Source: the human T2T-CHM13v2.0 reference genome, Homo sapiens. Taken from it: 64,000 nucleotides of DNA. Positions within the stretch are counted from its first letter, which is position 1. Each line of letters begins with the position of its first letter. This document shows positions 1 through 12,093 of this stretch, piece by piece. The stretch is from NCBI RefSeq assembly GCF_009914755.1, contig NC_060930.1; one strand, 5' to 3'. The notes under the pieces were generated by a model. The model searched no databases and was not told the DNA's origin. It saw only the letters and a list, made by a program, of their open reading frames with translations. The translations under genes were made by a program, and so were the position numbers.

Positions 1-90
1 CAGGATGGTCTTGATCTCTTGACCTTGTGATCTGCCTGCCTCGGCCTCCCAAAGTGCCGGGATAACAGACGTGAGCCACCATGCCTGGCC
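1..90 (-). mobile_element. Alu left arm (AluY/Sc-like), cut by window edge
   Basis: caggatggtcttgatctc...cctcccaaagtgc...gtgagccaccatgcctggcc is the reverse complement of the Alu 5' end. Confidence 0.95.
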
Positions 91-1304
91 AGTTTGTATA
101 TTTTATAATAGCAAAAAAGAGAGTGTAAAAGACACATTCAATTTTGGACTCTGAAATTCGGTATTTTCAAATTTTATATCTCATCTGCTTTTCTTGTCTA
201 ACTAACTCTCCAGGAAAAGAAAAGCTCATATATTTCCTTGATCTCTTCTTAACACTCTCAAGTGTCTTTAGAAAGGGTTTACATATTGATTGACATGAAA
301 ACATTTCTTGATGAATATTTTATGCATTAAAGAAATATATTAAACTCTGATTGCCTATGGCACAATGTAGACATTAACTTCTCTTTTTAAAAGAAAGAAT
401 CCATTAAGGAAAACATTGCAGAATCATAATAGACTTGTGTAAAAATCCACAATAATTTCCCATTTCATAAACAATGTCATTTTAAGTACATTAGAAAATA
501 TTAATTTTTCATTCAGCTATTTCCAGGACTTGGGTTCCTGCATTATATTTTTATCACTTTACAATTTTCAATAGATTTCCAAATCCTAGAAAATTCAATA
601 CTTATTGCATGTCTCCAGAAAACAACCAATTCCCAGTTGTATATGAGGGAATTAATAAGTCTAAATTTTAGGAAGGTAATATCAAACCCATAAAACAAAG
701 TCATATAAACTAAGCAATTCTTATGTATTCCTCATGCCATTAAATAGCCAGTTACTAATTGAAAAGTAATATGCACACACACACCCATGCACACTCAGTC
801 ACATGCACACACAAGCATCATTTTTTATTAACTCAACCAATTATTTTTTGTCAAACAACTGGTGAATTAAACATCATATATAGCTAAATCTATAGATTAT
901 TAGATTTAGTGAGGTTAGATTATTACAAGTCTCACTGTACACTCAATTCAAAGTTTCAGCTCATCTAAACATATATATAGTATTGTAATGTTTATATCTA
1001 TAATATCTATAATAGATAAAAACTTTATATTATATATGTATCTCTCATAGCACATTATACATTTTTTTCCTTCTTCCAGTAGATGAAGTAGAAATGTATA
1101 CCTTCTCCTGACCCCATTAGACTGATGGTGATATATAAGGTGACTTACCCAAAGTCACTCATCAAATCCTCACAACTACCTTACATATGCAGCATCTGTA
1201 GAATGGATCAATAATACTGAGTTTATAAGGGCTTAAAACTGTGTCTGTCACATACCAAATCATCGCTTAATAAATATTAAATGCTCTATTAAGAAGATGG
1301 ATGA

Positions 1305-1603
1305 TTGGTTTTCTGTCCTTGCGATAGTTTTCTCAGAATCATGCCAAACACTGCATGTTCTCATTCACAGGTGGGAATTGAACAATGAGAACACTTGGAC
1401 ACAGGGTGGGGAACATCACACACCAGGGCCTGTTGTGGGGTGGGGGGAGAGGGGAGGGATAGCATTAGGAGAATACCTAATGTAAATGACGAGTTAATGG
1501 GTGGAGCACACCAACATGGCACTTGTATACATATGTAACAAACCTGTACATTTTGCACATGTACCCTAGCACTGAAAGTATAATAATAATTTAAAAAAAG
1601 AAG
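1305..1603 (+). mobile_element. 5'-truncated L1PA 3' end with inverted 5' segment (1305-1343)
   Basis: L1PA 3'UTR with G-rich tract and A tail; 14-bp TSD aagaagatggatga at 1291-1304 and 1604-1617. Confidence 0.93.
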
Positions 1604-1744
1604 AAGAAGATGGATGAATCACTACTGCTATGAGTCTCCAGCTAGGTCCAGGACTTATTTGCATATATAAAGCTTACCATTTGAAGTCGAGTTTGTTGAA
1701 AAAGAACTCAGAATTTGGAGCCCTTATAATAGATTAATTCATGC

Positions 1745-1880
1745 AATCTTTATAACAACTCTGCGAAGTAGTTGCTGTTATTAGCCACATTTCACAGATG
1801 AGGAAACTAAGTCACAGAGTCAAGTCACTGGCTAATTTGTTATAGTTTATAAAACAAGGATATGAACCTAAGTAGTTTGA
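1745..1880 (-). mobile_element. MIR SINE fragment
   Basis: MIR core catttcacagatgaggaaactaagtcacagag. Confidence 0.7.
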
Positions 1881-2202
1881 TTCAATGGCAAGGACAGTAA
1901 AGCCCTGCATTATATTGTCATAAGAACATAGACTCTCTGAGGCTCAAGGATTCCAGAAAGAGAATTCTTTCTGTAGATACATTTAAGGTCTACAAGAGAA
2001 ACCTTAAACAAAGGCAGGAGCAAGTGAGAAAGCTATTTAATAGAAGCACGAATTCTCTCAGCTTTTTATCCTGCTCTTAACAATACTTGTTTTAGGAGCA
2101 GTGTATAGGATATAATGTGCATGTGTATCTCATGTTGTGATTGTCTTTTGAAAGATTCCTTGGTGGACACTGAATACACAAAAGATAAAAAGTAATGAAT
2201 CA

Positions 2203-2540
2203 GGCCAGTTTTGGTGGCTTACACCGGTAACAAGCACTTTGGTAGGCCAAGGCAGAAAGATTGCTTGAGCCCAGGAATTTGAGGCTAGCCAAGGCAATGT
2301 GGGGAGACCCCCATCCCTACAAAAAATTATTAAAAAATTAGCCAGGTATATTGGTGTGCATTTGTGCTCCCAGGAACTCAGAAAGCTGAAATAAGAGGAT
2401 CACTTGAGCCCAATAGGTCAAGGCTGAAGTGATACAATCACGCTATTGCACTCCAGTCTGGGTGACAGCGAAAGACCCTTTCTCAATGAAAAGAAAGTGA
2501 TTCTATATCTCAATAAAAAGAAAGTAATTAATCAAAGAAA
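2203..2540 (+). mobile_element. AluJ
   Basis: Dimeric Alu with J-type gattgcttgagcccagg and gatcacttgagccc; probable TSD aaaaagtaatgaa(t/c)ca. Confidence 0.9.
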
Positions 2541-2554
2541 AAAGTAATGAACCA

Positions 2555-3629
2555 TGAAGAAACCAAAATCTGAACAGACTAATAGCAAGTAATGATATCA
2601 AAGCCGTAATAGCCTCTCATCAAAGAAGACCATCAAAACAATCATCCAGTCACAAAATAAAATAGAGAAAAAGGAAAGAATAAAAGATCACAAACAAGCA
2701 TAAAACAACTGAAAAATAGCAGTAGTAAGTCCTTACCTATCAATCTTGAATGTAAATGGATTAAATTTTCCAATCAAAACACATAGAATGGCTAAATAGA
2801 TTTTTTAGAAGAACAACAATATATTGCCTACAAAAGATTCTCTTCACACTTAAAGACACATAGACTGAAGAAGAAGGCATGGGCAAAGATAATTCATCCA
2901 AATAGAAACAAAAATAGAGCAGAGGAAGCTATATCAGATGAAATAGACATTAAGTAAAAAATTATTAAAAGAGTCAAAGAACATAATCATATTGTGAAAA
3001 GGGAGTGCATTCATACAAAGATACAAAAATCATAAATATATAGGCACCCAACAGCAGAGCACCTGAAGCAAATATGAAGCAAATAATAATCTATTTGAAG
3101 GGAGAGATAGACTGATGAAATAATAGTGGAAAATTTAATACCTCACTTCTAGTGACAGAAATATCATCCAGACAGCAAATCAATAAGGAAGCATTGGAAT
3201 AAAGTCTAAGCACTTTAGACTAAAGGGACTTGAAAGTCATATACATAACGTTCTATCCAGAAGCAGAAGACTACACCTTCTTCCCAGGAACTCATGAAAC
3301 ATTCTTCCACATAGATCACATGTTAGACTGCAAAACAAGTATTAACAAATTTAAGAAGATTGAAATCATATCATGTATCTTTTCTGACCATCCTAGTTCT
3401 AAACTAAAATGATTAGGAGGAATTTTAGAAAATTCTCAACCACATGAAATGTAAATAACATGCTTCTGAACAACCAAAGTGTCAAAAAAGAAATTAAAAA
3501 GGGAATTTAAAAAAATATTTGGTAGCATATGAAAACGGAAACACAATATACCAAAACTTATGAAATTCAGTAAATGTGATTCAAAGCGGGGAGTTTACAG
3601 CAATAAAATTCTACATCAAAAAAGAAAGA
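2555..3629 (+). mobile_element. Old L1 (L1M-type) ORF2 endonuclease region, decayed
   Basis: ttgaatgtaaatggattaaat (LNVNGLN-like); ORF 3230-3412 YTFF..THETF..IDHML..FSDH matches L1 EN motifs. Confidence 0.88.
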
Positions 3630-4454
3630 GGAGCCAAGATGGACCACTAGATACAGCCAGGAGAAACATCTCCCACCAAGAGACCAGGACATGGGGAAGA
3701 CTGGCATGTTCTGAACAGATCTTCAGAAGGAAGGAACTGAAAGGTGAATAGGGAAGGATGCAGACGCTAGGATTAAGGGGGAGGAAGCTGGGAACCTAGC
3801 ACAGGGCTGCTGAGCACCAGAACTCACTCTTGGCCCCTAGCGATTCTTGGGGAAGGGATGAATCAAACAGGCGAGGAGCAGCCAATTCTCACCATGGACC
3901 TCCAGAATCCTAAAAGCAGGGGACCCCATGACATCAATGGACACTTTACTTGGCATGGAGAGTTGCTTAAAGAAGTGGCGGGGAACTCTGCACAGAACTC
4001 CAGCCTGTAGAGTTTGGCAAGGGAACAGCTGTAGTAGAGTATGGAAGATGAGCAGAACTGCCTGTATCCCACAGCTTGCCATGCTCCTCTAAAATAATGT
4101 AGCCTTAGAGTGACTTTCAAACCTGGACACAGCAGAGCAGTCTTGTCCAGGTGATGAGTCTAGTCTGATCTGAGCACCCCATGTCTGCTGGCCTTTCCTT
4201 GGGATCCAGCATCACTGCACCCTCTTGAAGGGTAGCCTCAATGCCAAACAAGGGTGCTTCCTGGGGACCCTCATCATAATTCCTTTGCTGGAAGGCTTGC
4301 GCCTGACTGTTGGAGAGCTTCAGCAGACCGGCCACCACTGAGGTGCACCAGCCTACCCATAGCTTCCCACCACCACAGGCTTGGCCCTCTGCTTTGCTGG
4401 CAGATATTTTCCCACACGCTCCACACAACATGGACATACAGTTCCTTATTAATT

Positions 4455-4765
4455 ATTATTATTGATTTGCTGTCTACATGATATTTGCATTGCTAGAAGT
4501 GAGGTATTAAATTCCCCACTATTATTTCATTGCAGTCTATATCTCCGTTCACATGGATTAATACTAGCTTCATATTTGCTTCAGGCACTATGATGTTGGG
4601 TGCATATATATTTACAATTTTTATATCATCTTATGAATTTGCTCCTTCACCAATATATAATAACCTTTGTCTTTTTTTTACAGCTTTTTACTTAAAGTAT
4701 ATTTCATCTGATATTAGTATAGCTCCCTCTGCTCTATTCCTCTTCCTATTTGTATGAAATAGATT
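4455..4765 (-). mobile_element. Inverted L1 endonuclease-region fragment
   Basis: Reverse-complement similarity to 2890-3187 (shared ctagaagtgaggtattaaatt). Confidence 0.8.
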
Positions 4766-5130
4766 TGTCTATGCAGGTGCACTTGTGTGGGTGGAACTTG
4801 CCTCTGTGACCCTGCCAGTGTGCAAGTGCATGCACACCCTGCCACCCCACCACTGTCGGTGGGAGCATACCTGCTGCCCTCCTGCTCTTGAAAAACAAGA
4901 GCAAACCAACCACAAAGCAGGAAGAAGACAAAAAATTACCAAAATCAGAGCTGAACTGAATGCAATTGAGGTACTTAAAACCATACTAAACATCAACACA
5001 TTCATGAGTTTGCACTTTGTAAAAATAAATAATATTGACAGACTACTAGTTAGGCTAAAAGTAAAAAGGAAAGAAGATCCAAATAAACACAATCAGAAAT
5101 GATGAAGGGGACATTATCACTGACCCCACC

Positions 5131-5136
5131 AAAAAA

Positions 5137-5176
<40 letters not shown>
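5131..5176. repeat. A24-(TA)n microsatellite inside L1
   Basis: Read directly from sequence. Confidence 0.95.
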
Positions 5177-6985
5177 CACCTCTCAGAGTCTACTATGAAC
5201 ACCTCTATGCACACAAAGGACAAAATCTAGAAGAAATTAATAAATTCCTAGAAACAAACAATTTCCCAAGGCTGAACAAGGGAGAAATTGAATCCCTGAA
5301 CTAACAAATAATGAGTTCTGAAATCAAATCAGTAATAAAAAGCCTACCAACCACAAAAAACTTAGGACCAGCCAAATATACATTCACAGTCAAATTCTAC
5401 CAGAAATATAAAGAAGAGAGGGTACCATTCTTACTGAAACTATTTCAAAAGATTGAAAAGGAGAGACTCCTTAACTTACTCCATGAGGCCAGCATCATCC
5501 TGATACCAAAACCTGTCAGAGACACAACAAAAAAGAAAACATCAGGCCATATGCTTGATGAACACAGTGTGCAAAAATCTCAAGAAAATAGTAGCGAACC
5601 ATCAAAAATCTAATCCATCATGATCAAGTAGACTTTATTCCTGGGATGCAAACTTGGTTCAACATGCCAATCAATAAATGTGATTCATCATATAAACAGG
5701 TATAAAGACAAAACCACAGGATCACCTCAACAGATGCAGAAAAGACTTCAGATAAAATTCAACATTCCTTTATGTTAAAAGCCCTCAACAAACTAGACAA
5801 TGAAAATAATAAAAGCCATCTACAACAAACCCACAGCCAACATCATACTGAATGGCCAAAAGCTGGAAGCATTCCTCTTGAGACCTGGAGCAAGCCAAGG
5901 ATGCTCATCCTCACCACTCCTGTTTAGCATAGTACTGGAAGTCCTAGCCAGAGCAATCAGGCAAGAGAAAGAAATGAAAGACATTCAAATAGGAATAGAA
6001 GAAGTCAAAGTATCCATGTTTACACATTGTGATTATATACCTAGAAAACCCCATAGTCACCACCCCAAAGCTCCTAGATCTGAAAAACAACTTCAGCAAA
6101 CTTTCAGGATACCCAGTTAATGCATAAAAATGAGTAACATTTCTATATACCAACACCACTCAAGCTGAGAGCCAAATCAAGAATACAATTCCATTTATAA
6201 TAGCCACAAAAAGAATTAAGTACCTGGGAATACAGCTAACCAGGGAGGTAAAATATCTTCACAAGGATAATTACAAAATTTTGCACTGCTGAAAGAAATT
6301 AGAGTTGAAACGAACAAATGGAAACACATTCAATGCTCATAGGTAAGAAGGATCAATATTGTTAAAATGGCCATACTACCCAAAGAAATTTACAGTTCAA
6401 TGCTATTCAATGCTATTCCTATCAGTCTACAAATGACATTCTTCAGATAATTAGTAATAACTATTTTAAAATTGATATGGTACCAAAAAAGAGCATGGAT
6501 ATTCAAGGCAATCCTAACCAAAAAGAAGAAAGCTGTAGGCATCACATTACCCAACTTCAAACCATACTACAATGCTACAGTAACAAAATAGCATGGTACT
6601 TGTGAAAAAATAAAAACAAACAAAAGATGCATAGACCAATGGAATAGAGAGCCCAGTAATAATACACCTGCAACCATCTGATATTCAATAAAGTTGATAA
6701 AAACAAGCAATGGGAAAAGGACCCATTTTTCAATAAATGGTGCTATGAAACGTTGCTAGCCATATGCAGAAGATTGAAGCTGGAACCCTTATACAAAAAT
6801 CAACTAAAAGACAGATTAAAGACTTAAATGTAAAATGTAAAACTATAAAAACTCTGGAAGATAACCTTGGAAACACTGTTCTGGACATAGGCCCTGGCAA
6901 ATATTTTTTATAAAGTCACCAACAGCAATTGCAACAAAACCAAAAATTGACAACTGGGACCTAATTATACTAAAGAGCTTCTGCT

Positions 6986-7704
6986 CCTTGCACACTTTTG
7001 GTGGGAATGTAAATTGATACAGCCATTATAGAAAACAATATGAAAGTTCCTCAAAAAATTAAAAGTAGAACTTATGATCCAGTAATACAACTACTGGCTA
7101 TATATCCAAAGGAAATAAGATCAGTATGTTGAAGAGATATCTATATTCTCATGTTCATTGAGTATTATTCATTACAGATAATATATGCAATCAACCTAAT
7201 TGTCCATGAACTGATTAATGGATAAAGAATGTCATATATACACAACAAAATACTATTCAGCTTCTAAAAAGAAGGAAATCCTGTCATTTGCAGCAACATG
7301 GATGCACCTGAAGGACATTGTATTAAGTGAAATAAGCCAGGCACAGAAGGACAAATATTGCATGATCTCACTTATGTGTGAAATATTAAAAAGTTGAACT
7401 CATAAAGGTAGGGAGTGAATGGTGTTTACCATGAGCTGGGGGTGGGGGTGGGAGAGTTGTTGGTCAAAGGATACAAAATTTCAAGTAGCTGAGAGGAACA
7501 AGTGAGGGATCTATTGTATAACATGGTGTCAATAGTTGGTGAATAGTTGGTGACAACCTATTGTATCACTGAAAATTGCCAAGAGAAAATTTTAAGTGAT
7601 CTCACCACAAAAAGTATATGTGATATAAAGTAAATGTTAAATAGCATGATTTAGTCAATCACAATGTAGGCATATATAAAAACAAATTTTGCATATGATA
7701 AACA
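6986..7704 (+). mobile_element. L1MA-type 3' end
   Basis: ggtgggaatgtaaattgatacagcc...aagtgaaataagccaggcacagaaggacaaata...ttggtcaaaggatacaaaatt; resumes briefly after 8070. Confidence 0.85.
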
Positions 7705-7706
7705 TA

Positions 7707-8067
7707 TAGATGTTCTTTGAATTACAATGGAGTTACATCCTGATAAATCCATTATAAGTTGAAAATATTGTAAGACAAAAGTGCCTTTAATACTCCTAAC
7801 CTTCCAAACATCATAGCTTACCCTAGCCCAGATGGAAAGTGCCCAGGACACTTACATTAGCCTACAGTTGGACAAAATCATCTATCACAAAGCCTACTTT
7901 ATAATAAAGTATTGAATATCTAGTGTAATTTATTGAATACTGTACTGAAAATAAAGCCAGAATGGTTGTATGGGTACTCTAAGTACAATTTCTACAAAAT
8001 GAGTGTTGCTTTTGCTCTATTGTAATGTCAAAAAATCAAAAGTCAAACCTTTGTAAGTCAGGGACTG
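7707..8067 (+). mobile_element. MER47A-like TcMar-Tigger non-autonomous DNA transposon
   Basis: Matches recalled MER47A body (ttacattagcctacagttggacaaaatcatc...aatggttgtatgggtact), degenerate TIRs, TA target, inserted in L1MA 3'UTR. Confidence 0.85.
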
Positions 8068-8187
8068 TATAACATTTTTATTTGTCCAGAGAAAACAAAT
8101 TATTTTAAAATATTTTTATTTTAAAATATTAATTTCCAATGTTTATTGCTACTGTATAGAGATAGTATTGATTTTTTACACTGACTT

Positions 8188-8718
8188 CTTTTTTTTTATT
8201 ATACTTTAAGTTTTAGGGTACATGTGCACATTGTGCAGGTTAGTTACATATGTATACATGTGCCATGCTGGTGCGCTGCACCCACTAACTCGTCATCCAG
8301 CATTAGGTATATCTCCCAATGCTATCCCTCCCCCCTCCCCCCACCCCACCACAGTCCCCAGAGTGTGATATTCCCCTTCCTGTGTCCATGTGATCTCATT
8401 GTTCAATTCCCACCTATGAGTGAGAATATGCGGCGTTTGGTTTTTTGTTCTTGCGATAGTTTACTGAGAATAATGATTTCCAATTTCATCCATGTCCCTA
8501 CAAAGGACATGAACTCATCCTTTTTTATGGCTGCATAGTATTCCATGGTGTATATGTGCCACATTTTCTTAATCCAGTCTATCATTGTTGGACATTTGGG
8601 TTGGTTCCAAGTCTTTGCTATTGTGAATAATGCCGCAATAAACATACGTGTGCATGTGTCTTTATAGCAGCATGATTTATAGACATTTGGGTATATACCC
8701 AGTAATGGGATGGCTGGT
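8188..8718 (-). mobile_element. Young 5'-truncated L1 (L1PA2/3-like) 3' end
   Basis: Near-consensus 3'UTR retaining CpGs; diagnostic trinucleotide is GAG (gatgacGAGttagt), not the L1HS-Ta ACA; ORF2 C-terminus ORF 8403-8645. Confidence 0.95.
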
Positions 8719-11648
8719 TCTTCTTAATTATGACTTTTCTAAACATATTCATTTTTGCGCTGCATAGATAGCCACTCGTTTGCCTGTGTGAAGAACCAAT
8801 TCTGGCCACAAACATTAAGAGAAACACTGAAGCGCAACACTGAAATGGAGGCCCTGTTTTTAGTGGCTTCCATTGATTGTGCCAGCCCACTATTGACCTT
8901 TTTCACTTTTGGAAAAATTTGATTTACTTTCTATTTTGATTAGACATGGAGGCCTCAAGGTCCATCATGACACCAGTATACCATCTAGTCATAGGTATAC
9001 CATCTAGGTCTTTCATGATTAAGCCCCAGTGAACCTCATATGTGACTAGAATTATGATATTTTTCATATAACTGTCAGCTTACAAGGCAAACAGAAATGA
9101 ACTACAAAAAGTGGTAGGCCCCCAAACAGCAAAATGAATGTACTTGTTCATACAAAATTAATGTACTATACATCTTTGCAGTCAGATTCAAACCCTAAGA
9201 TGTAACACTGTTTGGAGAAGGGGGGATATCTTTATATATAACAGATAACAAGCTATAAAATTTCCACTCACCATTAGAAAAAAATGTGTTTATATATAAA
9301 CTTATGTGTATGGATGGCCTTCAGTGAAATCTAAATAATACAAATCTTGGACACCAAGTATCTAGACGTGGTATAAGATTTGTTGAGTGTGGGAGAAAGT
9401 GAGAGTGTTTTAAGTGTGTATGTTTTATATTTTTAATCCCAAACATAAAGTTCCTTTTTTACCCCAAGAGAAGCCTAGGAATAATAGCCAGACATCTGGG
9501 CTTTCCTTTTAGTCATACAATACATGCAGCTAGGTCTGGGTTAATTTTCGTATAGCATGGAATGAATACCACCACACATTCTCAAGTTCCCTTGAGTTCA
9601 AAGTCCATGTAAACACCAGCTATGTAAACAGGAGGCTCAGTCACAATGGCATTTGTGGACTCACTCATGTCCTCAGAGGGTCAGTGTTAGCAAAACTATA
9701 ATTTTAGCTTGTAAAGACCCAAGCCCCCAATTTTGTAATACTTCATAATTTTACCAAAATTTCTCAAATAAAGGAGGAAATAAAAGAAAGAAGAGAGTTT
9801 TCTCCTTCATTCCTAGGTTTCAAAGCATGTTTTTAGTGTCATCCAAAAATCTTGGAAGATTCCATAGAGGCCACAGGCTACTGTCCCAGAAAACAACTAG
9901 GGAAATTCTGCTGTGGAAATTCATTGCTCCTGAGAAGAAACTTGCTTTTAATTTGTAAATACTTTGCAACACTGGGCCCATTGCTCAAGATACCCTTTAC
10001 AATCATATTTTCTCAGTGGTTTGTTTCTGGACAGAACTCCACCTTGTCTCCTTTACTTCCTTTGCGATAAGATTGCCAAGTAATTGCAACATTCTACAGT
10101 CTCAGTAGCCTGTTATTTGTAATTGGAATTAGACAGGCTTGATTCATATTAACTGTTCAATAAAGGTTGGGTGAATTAAATTGCGTTAGGAAATAGAAAC
10201 AAATATTACCAGGAAAGTGTTTAGTCCTATATGACTTTGGTTAAGATTATCATTTTAGACCATTTTTAATCTTACAAGTAATATGGGGCATCTGAAACAG
10301 TCTTCTAGCATTCTTTTCATTTTCAAAATTGCATTTTTATTAAGTATTGGTAAATTATAAAATTTAAGTTAAAATATATAGATTTTATTTAGATGAAATA
10401 CAAATATATTGAAATGCATCTTAAATTCTGACCAATTGTTTTGATTTAGATGCTGTATAAATGTAGCTTGTAATTTTATGTTTGCTCCTTTTCCTCTATA
10501 TGATGCAAAAGTTAGTAGTTAAAATTAGGATCATATTACAACCATTTGTTTATTCTACATACCCAAATATTTTGTTATACATTTTACTATATTATGGAAT
10601 TCACTAGTTATGCTGAGGTTACATATATGAAGCCATATTTAAAGATTTTTTTAAAAAAGAATAAAATAAAATATGATCATAGAAAACTCAATGTATAATT
10701 GGAAACTTACTAAAATGAAAAGATAAAGCTAAAATATTTGCCCCCTTATGAAGCCACATAACTCACTAAGTATATTTGTTTTAATTTGCCTACATAACTA
10801 GAATATTGTGTAAGTCTTTAAGGCCACTCCTTTTATTCTGGTGAAGTTATTTTCTTGGTAAAGAATGTCCCCATAGAATTCTATTTTTAGATTTGTTTAC
10901 CTCAATGTTTTCCAGAACATATTCAATGTGGGATAATAGACATTTAAAAATTTTTAAACTGAGTCTTTAGTAAAATTAATTTTGGAAACACTGAATTAAA
11001 CAAAATGGACAGATTATGGCAGGAATGCTCAGAGACTTTAATATACTAGTATACACTATATATATCAAACACGGGGTAACTAGAAAGCGGTAATTTTCAG
11101 ACTTACTTGGCCATGAATGCCTTTTGGTAGAGAAATATACCCTGTGAATAATGCTACATAGACCTAATTTTTTTTGATGTGCATAATTTTAAGTGGTTAG
11201 GAAATCTCACTAGTTAAAAATATATTGTTTTTCATCCATAGTACGCATTTATTTGTACGATATACATTATGTTCAGTCAATTAGGCTTCTTAGCATCAGT
11301 GAAAATTAAAATATATTTCTTCCTTTTGAAAAAAATGAATGTTTTTGGGTAAACTGAAAATCTTCAGTATTTGTTTACTATTTTGAAAATAACTAGTTAT
11401 ATGCCTGTATAAAACTTCTGTTTCTTTATGATCTACTAAAATTATGATCTCCTAAAATTATATCATTTCATAAATTTTGTTCCGGCTTTTAGATCTACAA
11501 TTCTGGGACTTAAATAATTTATGTCTAATAAATTTTTATCTAAACCCAGTTCTGAGTCTGTTTTTAAAGGTTGCTTTGACTATAGTCATGACATGTTTCT
11601 GTATGTATGACTTTGTGCATATGAACAACAACAAATTTCATTTTACCA

Positions 11649-12027
11649 TGTAATACTTAATACTGAGTGTCAACTTGATTGGATTGAAGGATATAAAGTA
11701 TTGATCCTTGGTGTGTCTGTGAAGATGTTGCCAAAGAAGATTAACATTTGAGTCAGTGGGCTGGGAAAGGCAGACCCACCTTAATCTGGGTGGACACAAT
11801 CTAATCAGCTGCCAGCGTGGCTAGAATATAAGCAGGCAGAAAAACATGAAAAGATAGACTGGCCTAGCCTCCCAGCCTACATCTTTCTGCCATGCTGGAT
11901 GCTTCCTGCCCTCGAACATTGGACTCCAAGTTATTCAGTTTTGGAACTCGGGCTGGCTATCCTTGGTCCTCAGCCTGCAGATGGCCAATTGTTGGACCTA
12001 GTGATCATGTCAGTTAATATTTAACAT

Positions 12028-12091
<64 letters not shown>
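11649..12091 (+). mobile_element. 5' LTR (MLT2A1-type) with (TA)n; U5 end and PBS deleted
   Basis: ttaatactgagtgtcaacttgattggattgaagg start; runs from (TA)n directly into gag. Confidence 0.9.

Positions 12092-12093
<2 letters not shown>

Larger units (their letters stand above)
3630..6985 (+). mobile_element. Rearranged L1PA/L1PB-type element: 5'UTR (3630-4430, 4770-4885) plus ORF2 RT region (4885-6985)
   Basis: ccaagatgg 5' start; ORF2 peptides [50 protein letters not shown]; many stops; ORF1 absent. Confidence 0.85.

Noticed and set aside
1437-1458. G-quadruplex-like tracts (also 8325-8348, 25632-25655, 25986-26003)
   Set aside because: Ordinary components of L1 UTRs
6397-9015. 10-12-bp micro-duplications (6397, 7531, 8978)
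   Set aside because: Common slippage events with no further structure
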